DNA of 64,000 nucleotides, taken from the NCBI RefSeq assembly GCF_004010195.1, contig NC_057719.1, positions 76,809,273 through 76,873,272 of the forward strand, written 5' to 3'. Origin of the DNA: Chiloscyllium plagiosum. Lineage: Eukaryota. Shown here piece after piece: positions 1-11,504 of the stretch; positions within the stretch are counted from its first letter, which is position 1; every line of letters begins with the position of its first letter. A program made the position numbers and the translations under genes. Below the pieces are notes generated by a model, which did no database searches, was not told where the DNA came from, and was given only the letters and a program-made list of their open reading frames with translations.

Positions 1-350
1 GGTAGCGATAAGAGAATCTGGTTGGTAGCTGGAAGGAAGGGTCAGCAAGTGGAATGGAAGGGAGGAGGCGGGCCTGGAAATGGAGTCGTGGAGGAGATGG
101 GTGGGCAGGTTATTTGAGATTGGAGAACTCAAAATGTTGAGTCCCAGGCAGAAATATTGGATTCCAGCATCTGTAGTTTTTTTTTTGTCTCCTTTCCTAG
201 ACCCTCTGCCACCTTGTTTGATCAGATCCCCATCCTTGGTCATCCACAATTTCCCGTAGGCATGACACTCCAGCTTTCCGTACTCCCTCACCACCAAACC
301 CCCCACCACCCCCCCTCACCCCAGTCAATCATCTTTCATGGCCTGTGCTT
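1..350. mobile_element. Degenerate Penelope-like element (PLE) fragments
   Basis: Purine-rich segment with ttatttgagattggagaactc resembles the PLE pieces at 8200-8300 and 48100-48400; ttccagcatctgtagt resembles a pLTR end. Confidence 0.5.
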
Positions 351-1049
351 CATAGACTCTGATCTCAAATAAGGTAAGGCACAGACAAACCCTCCTCAAA
401 GAGGGAGACAACTCACTTCAAAGTCAAGCAGGTAAAGCACGTCACCCACTGGATGCCTCTTATGTGGTCAGGATTCATAAAGGCACAGTCAGCTCTCTCA
501 TGGAGAACTTAATTGGAAAGGGGAAACTTAATTCTGGTGAGCAGGCCTTTTAATGAGCATAACATGAAATGCAAAAGTAAGGATAAATGTTTCCACATCC
601 TGCTGTTGGGGAGCTTGATTCATCACAGAGGTTCTGAGAACTTAATTGCAAATTAAGTTCATAGTCCCCTGATCTTGGACCTCTCACCCAACGAAGTTCT
701 CCCATCCGCCAGGAATTCCACTCTCGGGACTATTCATCAAACAAAAATTGAACAGTTCCTGTTAAAAAAATTGTTCTGTCTGTGTTTTGTTTGTCTCAGA
801 AAACAGAACAGCCAAGTTCTGGAGTCAGATTCTTAGTTTCAAACCTGATGAGTGTTGGTTCTTCATCTTTAATAGAAAAGTATTTATAGACCTGTCCAAA
901 ACAGTAAATGCATAGCAACCGAATTCTGAGCACTGCTTTGAGCAGGGACACAGGTTCAAAACTGCCTCAAGCTCAGGACAAGTATTCTTCACACAAAGAA
1001 TGATCCAGATATAGAACAGATCCTACATCAGTAAAGGAAGCTAGTCAAA

Positions 1050-1605
1050 GCGAGATCAGCTATTGTTAGACAGACCACAACTGGAGTACTGTGCGCGTTC
1101 TGGTCACCTCACTACAGGAAGATTGCGATAGCATGATCTGAGGTATAGAGGAGGTTCACCCAGAATGTTGCCTAGTGTGAATTGAGCTATAAAGGAGACA
1201 CTAAATAGGCTTGGATTGTTTTCTTTACAACAGAGAGGTCGGAGGAAGGGACCTCATTGAGGTGTATAAAGATTATGAGGAGTATGGATAGGGTGAATAG
1301 AGAGCAGACCCCTTGACTGAGGGGTCAATCATGCGATGGTATAATCTTAGGGTAAGGAGATTCAGTCAGGATTTGGGGGGAAAAAAAACTTTTTCACTCA
1401 GCGGGAATCTAGAAGGCACTGCCTGAGAAGGCAGTGGAAGCCAGAAACCTTATAACCTTTTAAAAAAAAAAAAATTTGTATGACCAATTCAAAAATCACA
1501 ACATTCAAGGATATGGGACAGGTGGAAAATATTGGGAATTAGCACAGTTTTAGTGGTAGTTCTGTTGGTGCAGACTAGATGGGCTGAAGGGCCTTTCTGC
1601 ATTAT
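1050..1605 (+). mobile_element. Old CR1 LINE 3' fragment
   Basis: RPQLEYCxxFWSP-like coding (agaccacaactggagtactgtgcg) and the CR1 3' end gatgggctgaagggcctttctg. Confidence 0.8.
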
Positions 1606-2599
1606 AAATCTACATAGGGCTTTGTTGGGTAAAACCAGGAGAATGAGGTACATTAATGACAGGGCAAGGGGGCTGAGTAATGTAGCTTTCTTTAAATGAA
1701 CAAATACATCTTCCTTGTCCATATCCACCTTTTGGGATAGCTTCTCGCCTCATAAAGAATTGCAGCTTTCATACTCACAACATCCTCTGTAAGTAATGAG
1801 CTTGATGTTTGGAAAGTATCCAGAGTTGCAGATTGCAAGTGAGCTTTCTGTGTGTCTGGACAACAACTGCTAAAATAAACATTTTCAAAACGTACACATG
1901 CACAATACCTGAGGCAGCGGTGGGGGCAAGAGAGTGGTTGGATATAGTTTGTGTCTTAATAGTATAGCTTCTTGAGCCAGAGATTCAGAAATGACCTTCT
2001 GGCCTTCCAGTCTGACAGACACAGTGCAGTTTGGAATGATATAAATATTTATGGAAGTTGAAATGCTCATCTTGTTTGACTGCACCTCCATGTCTACCAC
2101 TGGTCCTGTCCTCTCTGACATCCTCGCCCCAAACGAGGAGAGGCAGGAAGGTGAGTAAGATGGATAGAGGACAAGAAAACAATAAAAACAGAAGTTGATA
2201 AAGAAGCACACAATAGATAATGTGGTGCAACTCCTCATCTCTGCGCATTAGAGCAGTCTTTCAAAAATGGCACACATGCAAAATCACAGATATTTTGATT
2301 CTGATTGGTCTAATGGATTGCAATAGTAACTTTGTAACCCCACATCAATGTCTCACGTATTTAACACTTCAAACTCATGAGCTACCAAAGGATTTAATCC
2401 TTTCAAAGGTTCGTCCCAGAGTTGACACTGGTATGTAATAGCTGGCTTACCTGCCATTCAGTGACCAGCCAGCTAGCTTTCACCTTCACTCTTTCTTTCC
2501 TGTGACTAACATGAATTAAGACATGCACAACCTCTCCGCACATTACCACATCACTATATCTATCTACAGAAATCATATTACCCCCACCTTTTCTTTTCA

Positions 2600-2866
<267 letters not shown>

Positions 2867-3616
2867 TTAACCTCAACAAAAATATCCATGGAGGACAGCT
2901 CAACAAAAACTGGAAGATGCGTGCATCATGCCCCTTGCTGGCATATATCCTATTGCAAACTTCAAACCTATTTTACATATTAAAACTAAACACAAAGGCT
3001 GGAATATATGGCTGCCCGGGGGTACCTGACCTCTTCTTATGAATTTGATCGCAATCCCACAAGGGGGAACAGAAGAACATTCCAGACTGATGTGAATCGT
3101 TGAACTTTGCTGCAACCAATCAAATAATCCACTGAATGGGACATATTTACCTTTAGAGGAAATCAAATTGTCCGAATGCCCTAAAGTCTCAAAAGACATG
3201 TTGAAATCAACATGAATACAAACAAGCTTTTTGTGTGGAAGAGGTTTTATATTTGTTGAGGAGTTACATCTACCAGCAGTGAATGAACCAAGCCAGAGTT
3301 CAGACCAGCTTCATGCCAGCAATCAGCCAACAAAATTAATAGCAATACCTTGCAAACCGTGGAATACAACAGAAAGGAAGATTCAACTCCATACACCCTC
3401 CTCCACCTCCAACTTCACCTCCACCCCCATTGTTCCAACTTCAAGTTCACCTGAGAAAACATTCTGGAAACTTGACAATGAATACCCTCACAGCCTGTAA
3501 ACCTTTTGCTTTAGAGACCCATTCTTGAACTTTTAGGCATCAAAACCATCCAAGGAACTACAGGCCTATGTCATGGGAAACTGGAGATTGTAAATCAGAG
3601 GATGAGATAATTAAAG

Positions 3617-4047
3617 ATATTTTCTAATCAACCTTTCAGAGGTGTTATGACACACATCTGGAGCAGGTGTGGATGAACCCAGGCCTCCTGGTCCATAGGT
3701 AGAGACACTACAACCGCAGGATAATCATAGTTTTTTTAAAATCAACCTGCTCAGATAGGCTTTTACATCACTCTGGAATAGATAAAACTTTAAGCCCAGG
3801 GTTCCTGGTCCAGAGGGCGATTGCCGTTGCAAGATATTTGCTAATCAACCACTTCAGAGATGTTACTACATACCTCTACAGCAGGTGAGACCCAAACCTG
3901 GGCACCTCAGTCCAGGGGTAGATGCACTACTATTGCTGACAAGAGGTCCAATGCAAGATAATTATAATTGTTTTTATTTAACCTATTTTTCTAATCAACC
4001 TGTTCAGAGATATGTTACTACACATGTCTGGAGCAGGTGGGACCAAA
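3617..4047 (-). repeat. Tandem array of about four diverged ~110-bp tRNA-derived SINE-like units
   Basis: Recurrent taatcaacc..tcagag..gttactacac..ctggagcaggtgg unit at ~3617, ~3738, ~3833 and ~3985; the minus strand of unit 1 has a B-box-like gggttcatcc and an A-box-like 5' part. Confidence 0.65.
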
Positions 4048-4519
4048 CAGTATATTACCTTCACCAGTGTCTAATCCTCATGCATACAATATGTCGCATT
4101 TGATTTGGGGTAAGTGTGCAAGGTTAAATCACCTTTTTATTTTAAGCAAATAAAACCTGTTGCAACGACTATTTAATTGGGCTACAAATGACAAGGATAA
4201 GAAAACACACACATTTATTATCACAAGACATAGTAGGACATTTGCATTCTGTCCAAGCCACGCGGATATCTTCAATCTTCAGGACAGAAAATATCAAAGA
4301 ACCATCCGCTAGAGATTTTTAGGCCGTTTCATCACAAATATTCGCTCTTTAGATATGATACTGTGACTGACAACTTTCTGATTATTAATTGTGATCCTGG
4401 TGCTAAATTATGGAAGAACATGTGGTACCAATATTCCCTCCAAGCAGCCCCAGACCAGCCATGAGTTACCTTGATGTCTATGCGCGCGCACAACCAGATG
4501 CGCATTTTGTTCTACTGGG

Positions 4520-4740
4520 TCATGTGGATGTTAAAGATGCCACATCACTATGAAGATCAGGAGAAATTTCTAGCTGGTCAATAATCTCCCCATCCTTACC
4601 TCCACCATCACCCACCTTTAGCCACCAGCAGCAAAGAAGAGATCAACAGGCATTGTTATTTGAGGGATCTTGCTGCATGCAACATGCCGGCCTCATTTGC
4701 CAGCATATAGTGAGCACACTGTGGTGTCATTGACTAAATG
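4520..4740 (+). mobile_element. Degenerate Deu-domain SINE (SacSINE1/AmnSINE1-like)
   Basis: ggatgttaaagatgccacatcactatgaaga...cattgttatttgagggatcttgctgcatgcaa resembles the Deu-domain consensus as I recall it. Confidence 0.5.
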
Positions 4741-5344
4741 GAGTTATTTGTGGGATTGAGTAAAATAGAACCGCTACACAGGATTCCTCCTTCTGATCAC
4801 TATCAGATTGTAAGTAAACCTCCAGCTTCACTCTTGTTAAAGGTGGGTGACCTTACAATCTTCAGTGCTTTGGATCAGATGCAAAGAATGGACATTTGGA
4901 AGGCAGTAATTATCACATCCTGTAAGTAATCAAGACCTTCATATGGTTAAATACATGTACATCATTAGTTGACCCCAGTATGAGATGATTTGCTTTTAGT
5001 GCAAAATAATTTTGGCTAGTTTTGATCTAATTAACTCAGGAGTGTGAAGCATAGGTCGCATGTGAAGGTGCATGAAAAATGTGCATTAAGGTTGTAAACT
5101 CATTACATTCTGCTCACTTTCAACTTCATCACTGAAGCACTTTAAGAAAACCAGTGAGAGATCTGAAAAATTCAATACTTTTCTCACCAGCAACAAACAC
5201 TTAATAGGTCCGTATGATCTAGGTGAGTCTGTCATAATCACAAACTGCTATGTGATGGGTACACCTCCAGAGCGTGGATCAACAAATCAATCTGTGGTGG
5301 GCAGGCGAAAGCAGGGACCACCTCATGACAGCTGGTCACTCACT

Positions 5345-6900
5345 ACTTTACACATCCATCCACCATTTGGGACCACCTGAGGTCACTCCACTTTCTCCTT
5401 GAACACAGTCCATCCACCACCCAGCTGAACTTGTTCTCACGTTCAATAACCCTAGCTTCAACTCTACTGACTTCCTCCAAAAGGTGCTGCTTTTGAGAAC
5501 TCTCAGGTACAAACAATACCTGTCTTCTGTAGGACATATTAAACGTCCTTTGTTCCAGTTTTACTCAGGTGTTCTCTCTGAACTCCTTTGGTACTGAGAA
5601 AACTGCGTTGGTGCTCGTCCCATCTCTTACCCTGAACTGGAGAATTTCATTACATTCTGCTTCTAAGGAGGACACTTCTAGCTGTTCCATTCCTTTCCTG
5701 ACCTTCTGTAAACATCTCAGGAGAGGGAGTGCACATTGATATTGACATGCCACCAACTCCTACATTTGCTGTCACTATATTTCTTCCAAGCCTGGTTCCC
5801 AGGGTACTCCGCTTTCCTTCCCTAGTTTTGGCATTTCCTTCACGTCTGCTCTGATGTAATTGCCCGCACTAGGGCTTCTGAAATGTTCAAAGTCGAAGAG
5901 TGTGTGGTGCTGGAAAAGAACAGCCCATCAGGCAGCATCTGAAGAGCACGAGTATCGATGTTTTTGAGTTCTCACTTTCTCCTTCTGAAATGTTCTCCTC
6001 GTTTGTCATCTCCATGATAGGCAGAGTCTTCAATAATGTCTGGATTTTGCTTACACTTCAGCTTTTATGGATTCTTCTCCCTCACAGATCTGTTAGGGAC
6101 TCCATGTACAGTGAATCACCTTTCAACATGTCCAATAGGATCCCTTCACCAAATATATCCCATTTCAGTGATTTGCAAGAGTGTTCACTCATTAATTACC
6201 TCCTCCCACCCCCAACCTCTCTCTCCCCTAGTACATTCCTGAACACGCACAGGAAATTGAACAATTGTCCTTCCAGCTCCTCATAATACAACCGGACAGG
6301 GCCCCAAACACTCCTGCTGCATGAGAAGGTGGTTTATTATGCCCTACTCACAGGATGCCATCCCTTCTACATTGTGGAATTGAGTAATTGTTTCCTCAAC
6401 TGTGACATTGAGCTTCTGGTCACCCGCTGCTTAAATCCTCTGAATCCATTCCTGGCTCCTTTCCTCTTCAATGGAACCTCGACAGAGCTCAGGAGAGCTG
6501 CGCTTCATGTTTATACCAGGAACCTTTCAGCTCTTTGGCTTTAACCAATGTCAGATCTGAACCATACTCCATTCTTTCTATGTGAAAGCAGGTGGTAGTA
6601 AGATGCAATGGGTGTACCAGCATTTTTCAGGAACAGTGGGATGGAGTGACCAGCAGATATGGTATTCACCTGCTTTTTTCTCCCAAAAGTCTCAGGCTTC
6701 TTTAATAGATTCTTCTTGTTTTCCCTCAGTTGCTGTTCCGCTGCAAACCATTTGTACATTTTGCGACCCTCACACACATCTGTCATTTCTCTCCTTCATT
6801 GCCTCTTTTTGTCTTCCGTCATCATGGCTTGTCAGTTAATCAGCTCCTATCCTCGGTCTGATTACAGTTCAATTTGATTTCTCTTGGTTTCCACTTCTTT
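5345..6900 (+). mobile_element. Old, heavily decayed Penelope-like element (RT, GIY-YIG and pLTR remnants)
   Basis: AELVLTFNNPSFNSTDFLQ-like RT segment at ~5420-5480 and a pyrimidine-rich pLTR-like 3' part. Confidence 0.65.
5889..5981. mobile_element. Mini PLE pLTR insertion with 14-bp TSD
   Basis: cttctgaaatgttc at 5875-5888 and 5982-5995 flanks gtggtgctggaaaagaacagc...ctcactttctc. Confidence 0.8.
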
Positions 6901-7054
6901 GAATTAGAAAAGAAGCAAACTTTTATGGATGCTGACATCTGAAATGAAACAGAAGACGTCAGGAACACAACAGGTCAGGCAGCTTCTGTGAAGAGCGAAA
7001 ACCGTTTAAAGCTTACAGCTTGATGACTTCCCGGCAGATCAGTTCTGATGAAAT

Positions 7055-8675
7055 TCATGACAAGGAGGAATTCTTTGACGACACTACGAGTGCAGTGGAC
7101 AACGGGAAACCAGTGGAGGTGATGTATCTGGATTTCCAGAAGGCATTCAACAAAGTGCCTCACAAAAAGGCTGCAGCATAAGATAAAGGTGCATGGCACT
7201 ATGGGTAATGTATTAACATGGATAGAGTATTGGTTAACTAACAGAAAGCAAAGAGTAGGGATAAATGGGACTTTTTGTGATTGGCAATCAGTGGCTAGTA
7301 GTGTGCCTCAGGAATCAGTGTTGGGACTGCAATTGTTTACAATTTACATTGATGAGTTAGGGACCAAGTGTAGTGTGTCAATGTTTGGAGATGACACTAA
7401 AATGAGTGGTAGAGCAAATTGTGCAGAGGGCACAAAGTGTGCAGAGGAATATAGATCAGTCAAGTGAGTGGGCAAGGGTCTGGCAGTTGGAGTACAATGT
7501 TGGAAAATGTGAGGGTATCCATTTTGGTAGAAATAACAGCAAAATGGACTATTATTTAACTGGTAAAAAATTGGAGCATGCAGCTGTGCAAAGGGATCTG
7601 GGTGTCCTTGTGCTTGAATCATAAAAAGTTGGTTTGCAAGTGCAGCAGGTAATTAAGGAGGTAAATAGAATATTGTCTTTCTTTGCTAAAGGGATTGAGT
7701 TTAAAAATAGGGAGGCTATACTTCAGAAAGGATGTACTGACACTAGAGGGAGTGCAGAGGAGATTCACAAGATTGATTCCAGAATGGCTTATGGGGACAG
7801 GTTGAGTAGATTGGGATTATATTGATTGGAATTTAGAAGAATGAGGGAGGATCTTCTAGAAACATATAAAATTATGAAGGGAATCGATAAGATAGAAGTA
7901 GGGAGGTTGTTTCCAATGGCGGATGAAACCACAACTAGGGGGCATAGGCTCAAAATAAGGGGGCAGGCAGGAGACTGGAAGAACACAAAGTCAGGCAGCA
8001 TCAGGAGGTAGGGAAGTCAGCATTTTGGGTATAATCTTTCTTTAGGACTGGGGCTGGGTATAAGAGGAGCTGCAGTTAAAGGGGGTGTCAGGGGCAGGGT
8101 GGTGAAGTGGGAATAGGTGAAGACAGGTGGAGGTAACGACCTGGCTGGTCAACGGGAGGAATGAATCCATTTGGTGGCAGGGAGGAGTGGAAGGGAGGAG
8201 GAGGGCTGGGAAGGGAGGTTATTTGAAATTGGAGCAATCAATGTTGACACCTCTGGGCTGTAGGCTGCCCAGGCAGAAAATGAGGTGTTGTTCCTCCAAT
8301 TTGCAGTTTGATTTGATGTAGCAACAGAGGAGGCCATGGATTGTCATGTCGCAAAGGGAGTGGGAAGAGGAATTAAAATGGGCCGTAACTGGGAGGTCTG
8401 CTCTCCCTGTGGGCCCGGGAGAGCAGATGTAGGTTGGAGTGGAAGAAGAACTTCTTCACCCGAAAAGATTGTGAATCTGTGGAACTTCCTGCACAGTGAA
8501 GCAGTTCAGGTTACCTTGTTGAATGTTTTTAAGACAAGGATTGATTTTTGAACAGTAAATGAATTAAGGATTATGGTGAGAGAGCAGGTAAATGGAGCTG
8601 AGTCTATTGAATGGCAGAGCAGGCTCGAAGGGCCAGACGGCCTACTCCTACTCCTAGTTTTTATGTTCTTACGTA
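7055..8675 (+). mobile_element. CR1 LINE RT and 3' end, interrupted by a PLE fragment
   Basis: ORF pieces WIEYWLTNRKQRVGING...FGDDTK and RRMREDLLETYKIMKG; 3' tail at ~8640-8670. Confidence 0.9.
7968..8420 (-). mobile_element. PLE 3'/pLTR fragment inside the CR1
   Basis: gtcaggcagcatcaggagg pLTR start; LPRQKMRCCSS antisense GIY-YIG-region sequence shared with 48343-48612. Confidence 0.75.
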
Positions 8676-8999
8676 AATTGAATGCTCGGAGTTGCATGAC
8701 AAAACATAAAGACAAAGCCAGAATTAGGGGCCATAGTGTGGAGAGAGAGACACACACACACACTTAGTGTGCAGGGAATCTTTTCTGCAGTGAATCATCT
8801 CATTTTGCCTCTATCCAATCCATCATTCCTGCATTAGCTCTTTAGAGATCTATCTAATTATCCCCAATTCCTTACTTTTTCTCAATATATCAGTAAATTT
8901 ATCAACCTTCACATAATTATGAAACTTTTTAAAAACATTTTAATGGAATCTGCTGCCACCACCCTTCAGACAGTACATCCAAGTTTGAAATGACGAGAG

Positions 9000-9322
9000 A
9001 TTGTGAAGCTCCAAGATGTAGAGGGTTCTTGTTGCCCTTGGAAAAGGTTAGATATAGATTCATGAAGGAAATAGAAACCTCAGAATTTCATCATTTATTG
9101 TGAGGGGAATCAAATACAAAATTTAGGAGGAATGCTTCTGTTATACAGAGCACAGGTGAGATCATACCTGGAGTACATTGTACAGTACTGGTCACCTTAG
9201 TTGGGAAAGGATGTAAATGCATTAGAAGCAGTTGAGAGAAGGTTTACAAGACTGATACCTGGAATGGACAGGTTGGTTTATGAGAAAGGTTGGGCTAGCT
9301 AGGTTTGTATCACTGGAGTTTA
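9000..9322 (+). mobile_element. CR1 fragment
   Basis: cacaggtgagatcatacctggagtac...gagaaggtttacaagactgatacctgg. Confidence 0.75.
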
Positions 9323-9339
9323 GATGAGAGAGAGAGATG

Positions 9340-9920
9340 AAGTTGAGTCTTGAAGGTTGCTTTCTTTGGCAGCCTTTCCATTGTGGGATCATTCTTTGGG
9401 ATGTAAGTTTGTTGATGAAAAGTCCTGGGGAAAAATGACCTTGGTAGTTTGAGAGTGTTGTGCCATTGTGAGTTCTTGTTTCTGGAAATTCCCACCAGTC
9501 AATGCTATATTTTGTAGAACATTGGTGAATCTATTGTTCTCTCTAACTTTGCTCTCGTGATTCCCATTCCAAGTCTTTGATCAATCATTTCCCTAACCAA
9601 TTCATGCAAAATCATGCAACACATCTTTTGATTATATCTCTCACTATATAATGATTCTTATACACTATATACTGTAAGTTTGGATGGACAATTATTACAA
9701 TTGTAACTATAACCTAGAATTGTTAATTTCTTTGCAACACCAAAGGTTCCTCCTTAGAAATCCAAGAACCATGTTTGCTTTGGATGTCATCTGTTGAATG
9801 TGGAAACCCCAATGAAGATTGTTTTTAAGATGAACCACCAGATATGGTTGTGTATTTATCTGCTAAAGAATTTTATTGCAGAACTTCAAGTTAGCTTTTT
9901 GAAAACTATGGGTGTCCATA
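9340..9920 (-). mobile_element. Ancient LINE ORF2 C-terminal fragment of a family distinct from the local CR1s (CR1-group, Crack/Daphne-like)
   Basis: Minus strand reads QPYLVVHLKNNLHWGFHIQQMTSKANMVLGFLRRNL (~9745-9850), then LEWES...FYKI and SFFPRT. Confidence 0.7.
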
Positions 9921-9924
9921 TTTG

Positions 9925-10845
9925 ATTCACAGAAATATGGAAAATATGATCAGGAATAGGCCACTCAAGCCTGTTCCGCCAGTCAATATGATCATGGTTG
10001 ATCATCCAACACGGTGCCCTGTTCCCACTTTCTCCCCATACCCTTTGATCGTTTTAGCCCCAAGAACTATTACCACCTCCTTGAAAGTTTTCAATGTTTT
10101 GGTCTCAAACACTTTGCGTGGCAGAGAATTCCACAGACTCTCAACTATCTGGGTGAAGAAATTTCTCTTCATCTCAATCTTAAATGACTGCTCCACATCT
10201 ATAAACTGTGACCCATAGTTCTTGAATCCTCATCAATAGGAACATCCTTCCTGCATTTACATTGTATAGGTTTGTCTGACATCAACCCCACAATCTTCTA
10301 AACTCCAGTGAATATAGTCCTAATAGATCCAGTCTTTCTTCATATGTCAGTCCTCCCATCCCAGGAATCAGTCTGGTAAACCTTTGCTGAATTCTATCCA
10401 CGGTCAGAACACCCTTCCTCATATATGATGATCAAGGCTACACACACTTCCAACGGTGTTCTCACCAAAGCCCTGTACAATTGCAGCAAGACAACCCTGC
10501 TACTGTACTTAAATCCTCTCCCTTTGAAGCCCAATGTACCATTTGCCTTCTTCACCAACTGCTGAAACTGCATGCTGACCTTCAGCAACTGGTGGACAAG
10601 GACACCCAGGTCACACTGCACCAAACCCTTTCCCAATCTATCACTGTTCAGATAATAATCAGCCTTTTAGTTTTCGCTACTACATTATACCTCATCCGCC
10701 ATGCATTAGCTCACTCACTCAACTTGTCCAAATTGCACTGAAGCATCCCTGTATCTTGCTCACATTTCACCCAAACGCCCAGCTTGTGACATCTGCAAAC
10801 TTGGAGATATTCACACTTCGTAACCTCACCTGAATGGTTAATATT
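9925..10845 (-). mobile_element. CR1 LINE 3' fragment
   Basis: ORFs DLGVLVHQLLKVSMQ...LYRALVR and RNFFTQIVESLWNSLP. Confidence 0.9.
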
Positions 10846-11323
10846 CATGCTTCCTTTCCTTGTATAATTAAAAGGTTTTTATAAATTGAATTTCTCTCAT
10901 CATTTTGATTACTCTTCTGGGTGGTATTGCACTCTGGAAAAGTTCTAACTCAAACTAAAAATTTAAAAGTCACAATATTGATTTGCACTATAAAAATCTT
11001 TGAATTCTGTGATTTTATGAAATTAACAGCAGAGAAGGGAAGGGAAAAGACTTTCCCTTGTCTAAAGAAACCATTTTTTTTTACTGATAACACTTGAGGG
11101 TGGGAATATTTCTATATTGCTCCCAGACAAAGCACATGACTACAAGGTACAATTCCATCCCTGGTTCTGAGACCATTGGTCTCTCATCATGACTAGCAAT
11201 CAAACTGGGTTCAGTTATTAGCTAGTCAACTGTCTTGTCGAAGTTCTCTGCTCCAATTCGAAACTTAAGTGTTTTTTGTAACAAATTCTCTCCTTTTGAT
11301 TTGTTACATTGTTAGTACTAATG

Positions 11324-11504
11324 CAGTCAGTTCCTCTACAACGCGATGGTTGCGTTCTTGTGCAACCCTTAAATGTTGGTGCTGTAATTGCGTACAGCCG
11401 CACACATTTTAAACGTACATGCTGTAGAAACAGCATCCCCATTTTGTCAATCACATCACAGTGAATTCGCGTTGATGTATCGCATGTTATAACAGAATGA
11501 TTTG
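11324..11504. mobile_element. Tc1/mariner (Tigger-like) MITE
   Basis: Imperfect TIRs cagtcagttcctctacaacgcg / catgttataacagaatgatttg-TA; internally similar to 46266-46468. Confidence 0.6.

Noticed and set aside
1885..2248. Overlapping minus-strand ORFs downstream of the exon as the next kinase exon
   Set aside because: No similarity to the expected YGVLLWELLTGEVP sequence; low-complexity intronic sequence
3617..4047. Array as CRISPR or functional tRNA genes
   Set aside because: Units are long and diverged with no constant repeat/unique spacer pattern, and no complete cloverleaf is evident
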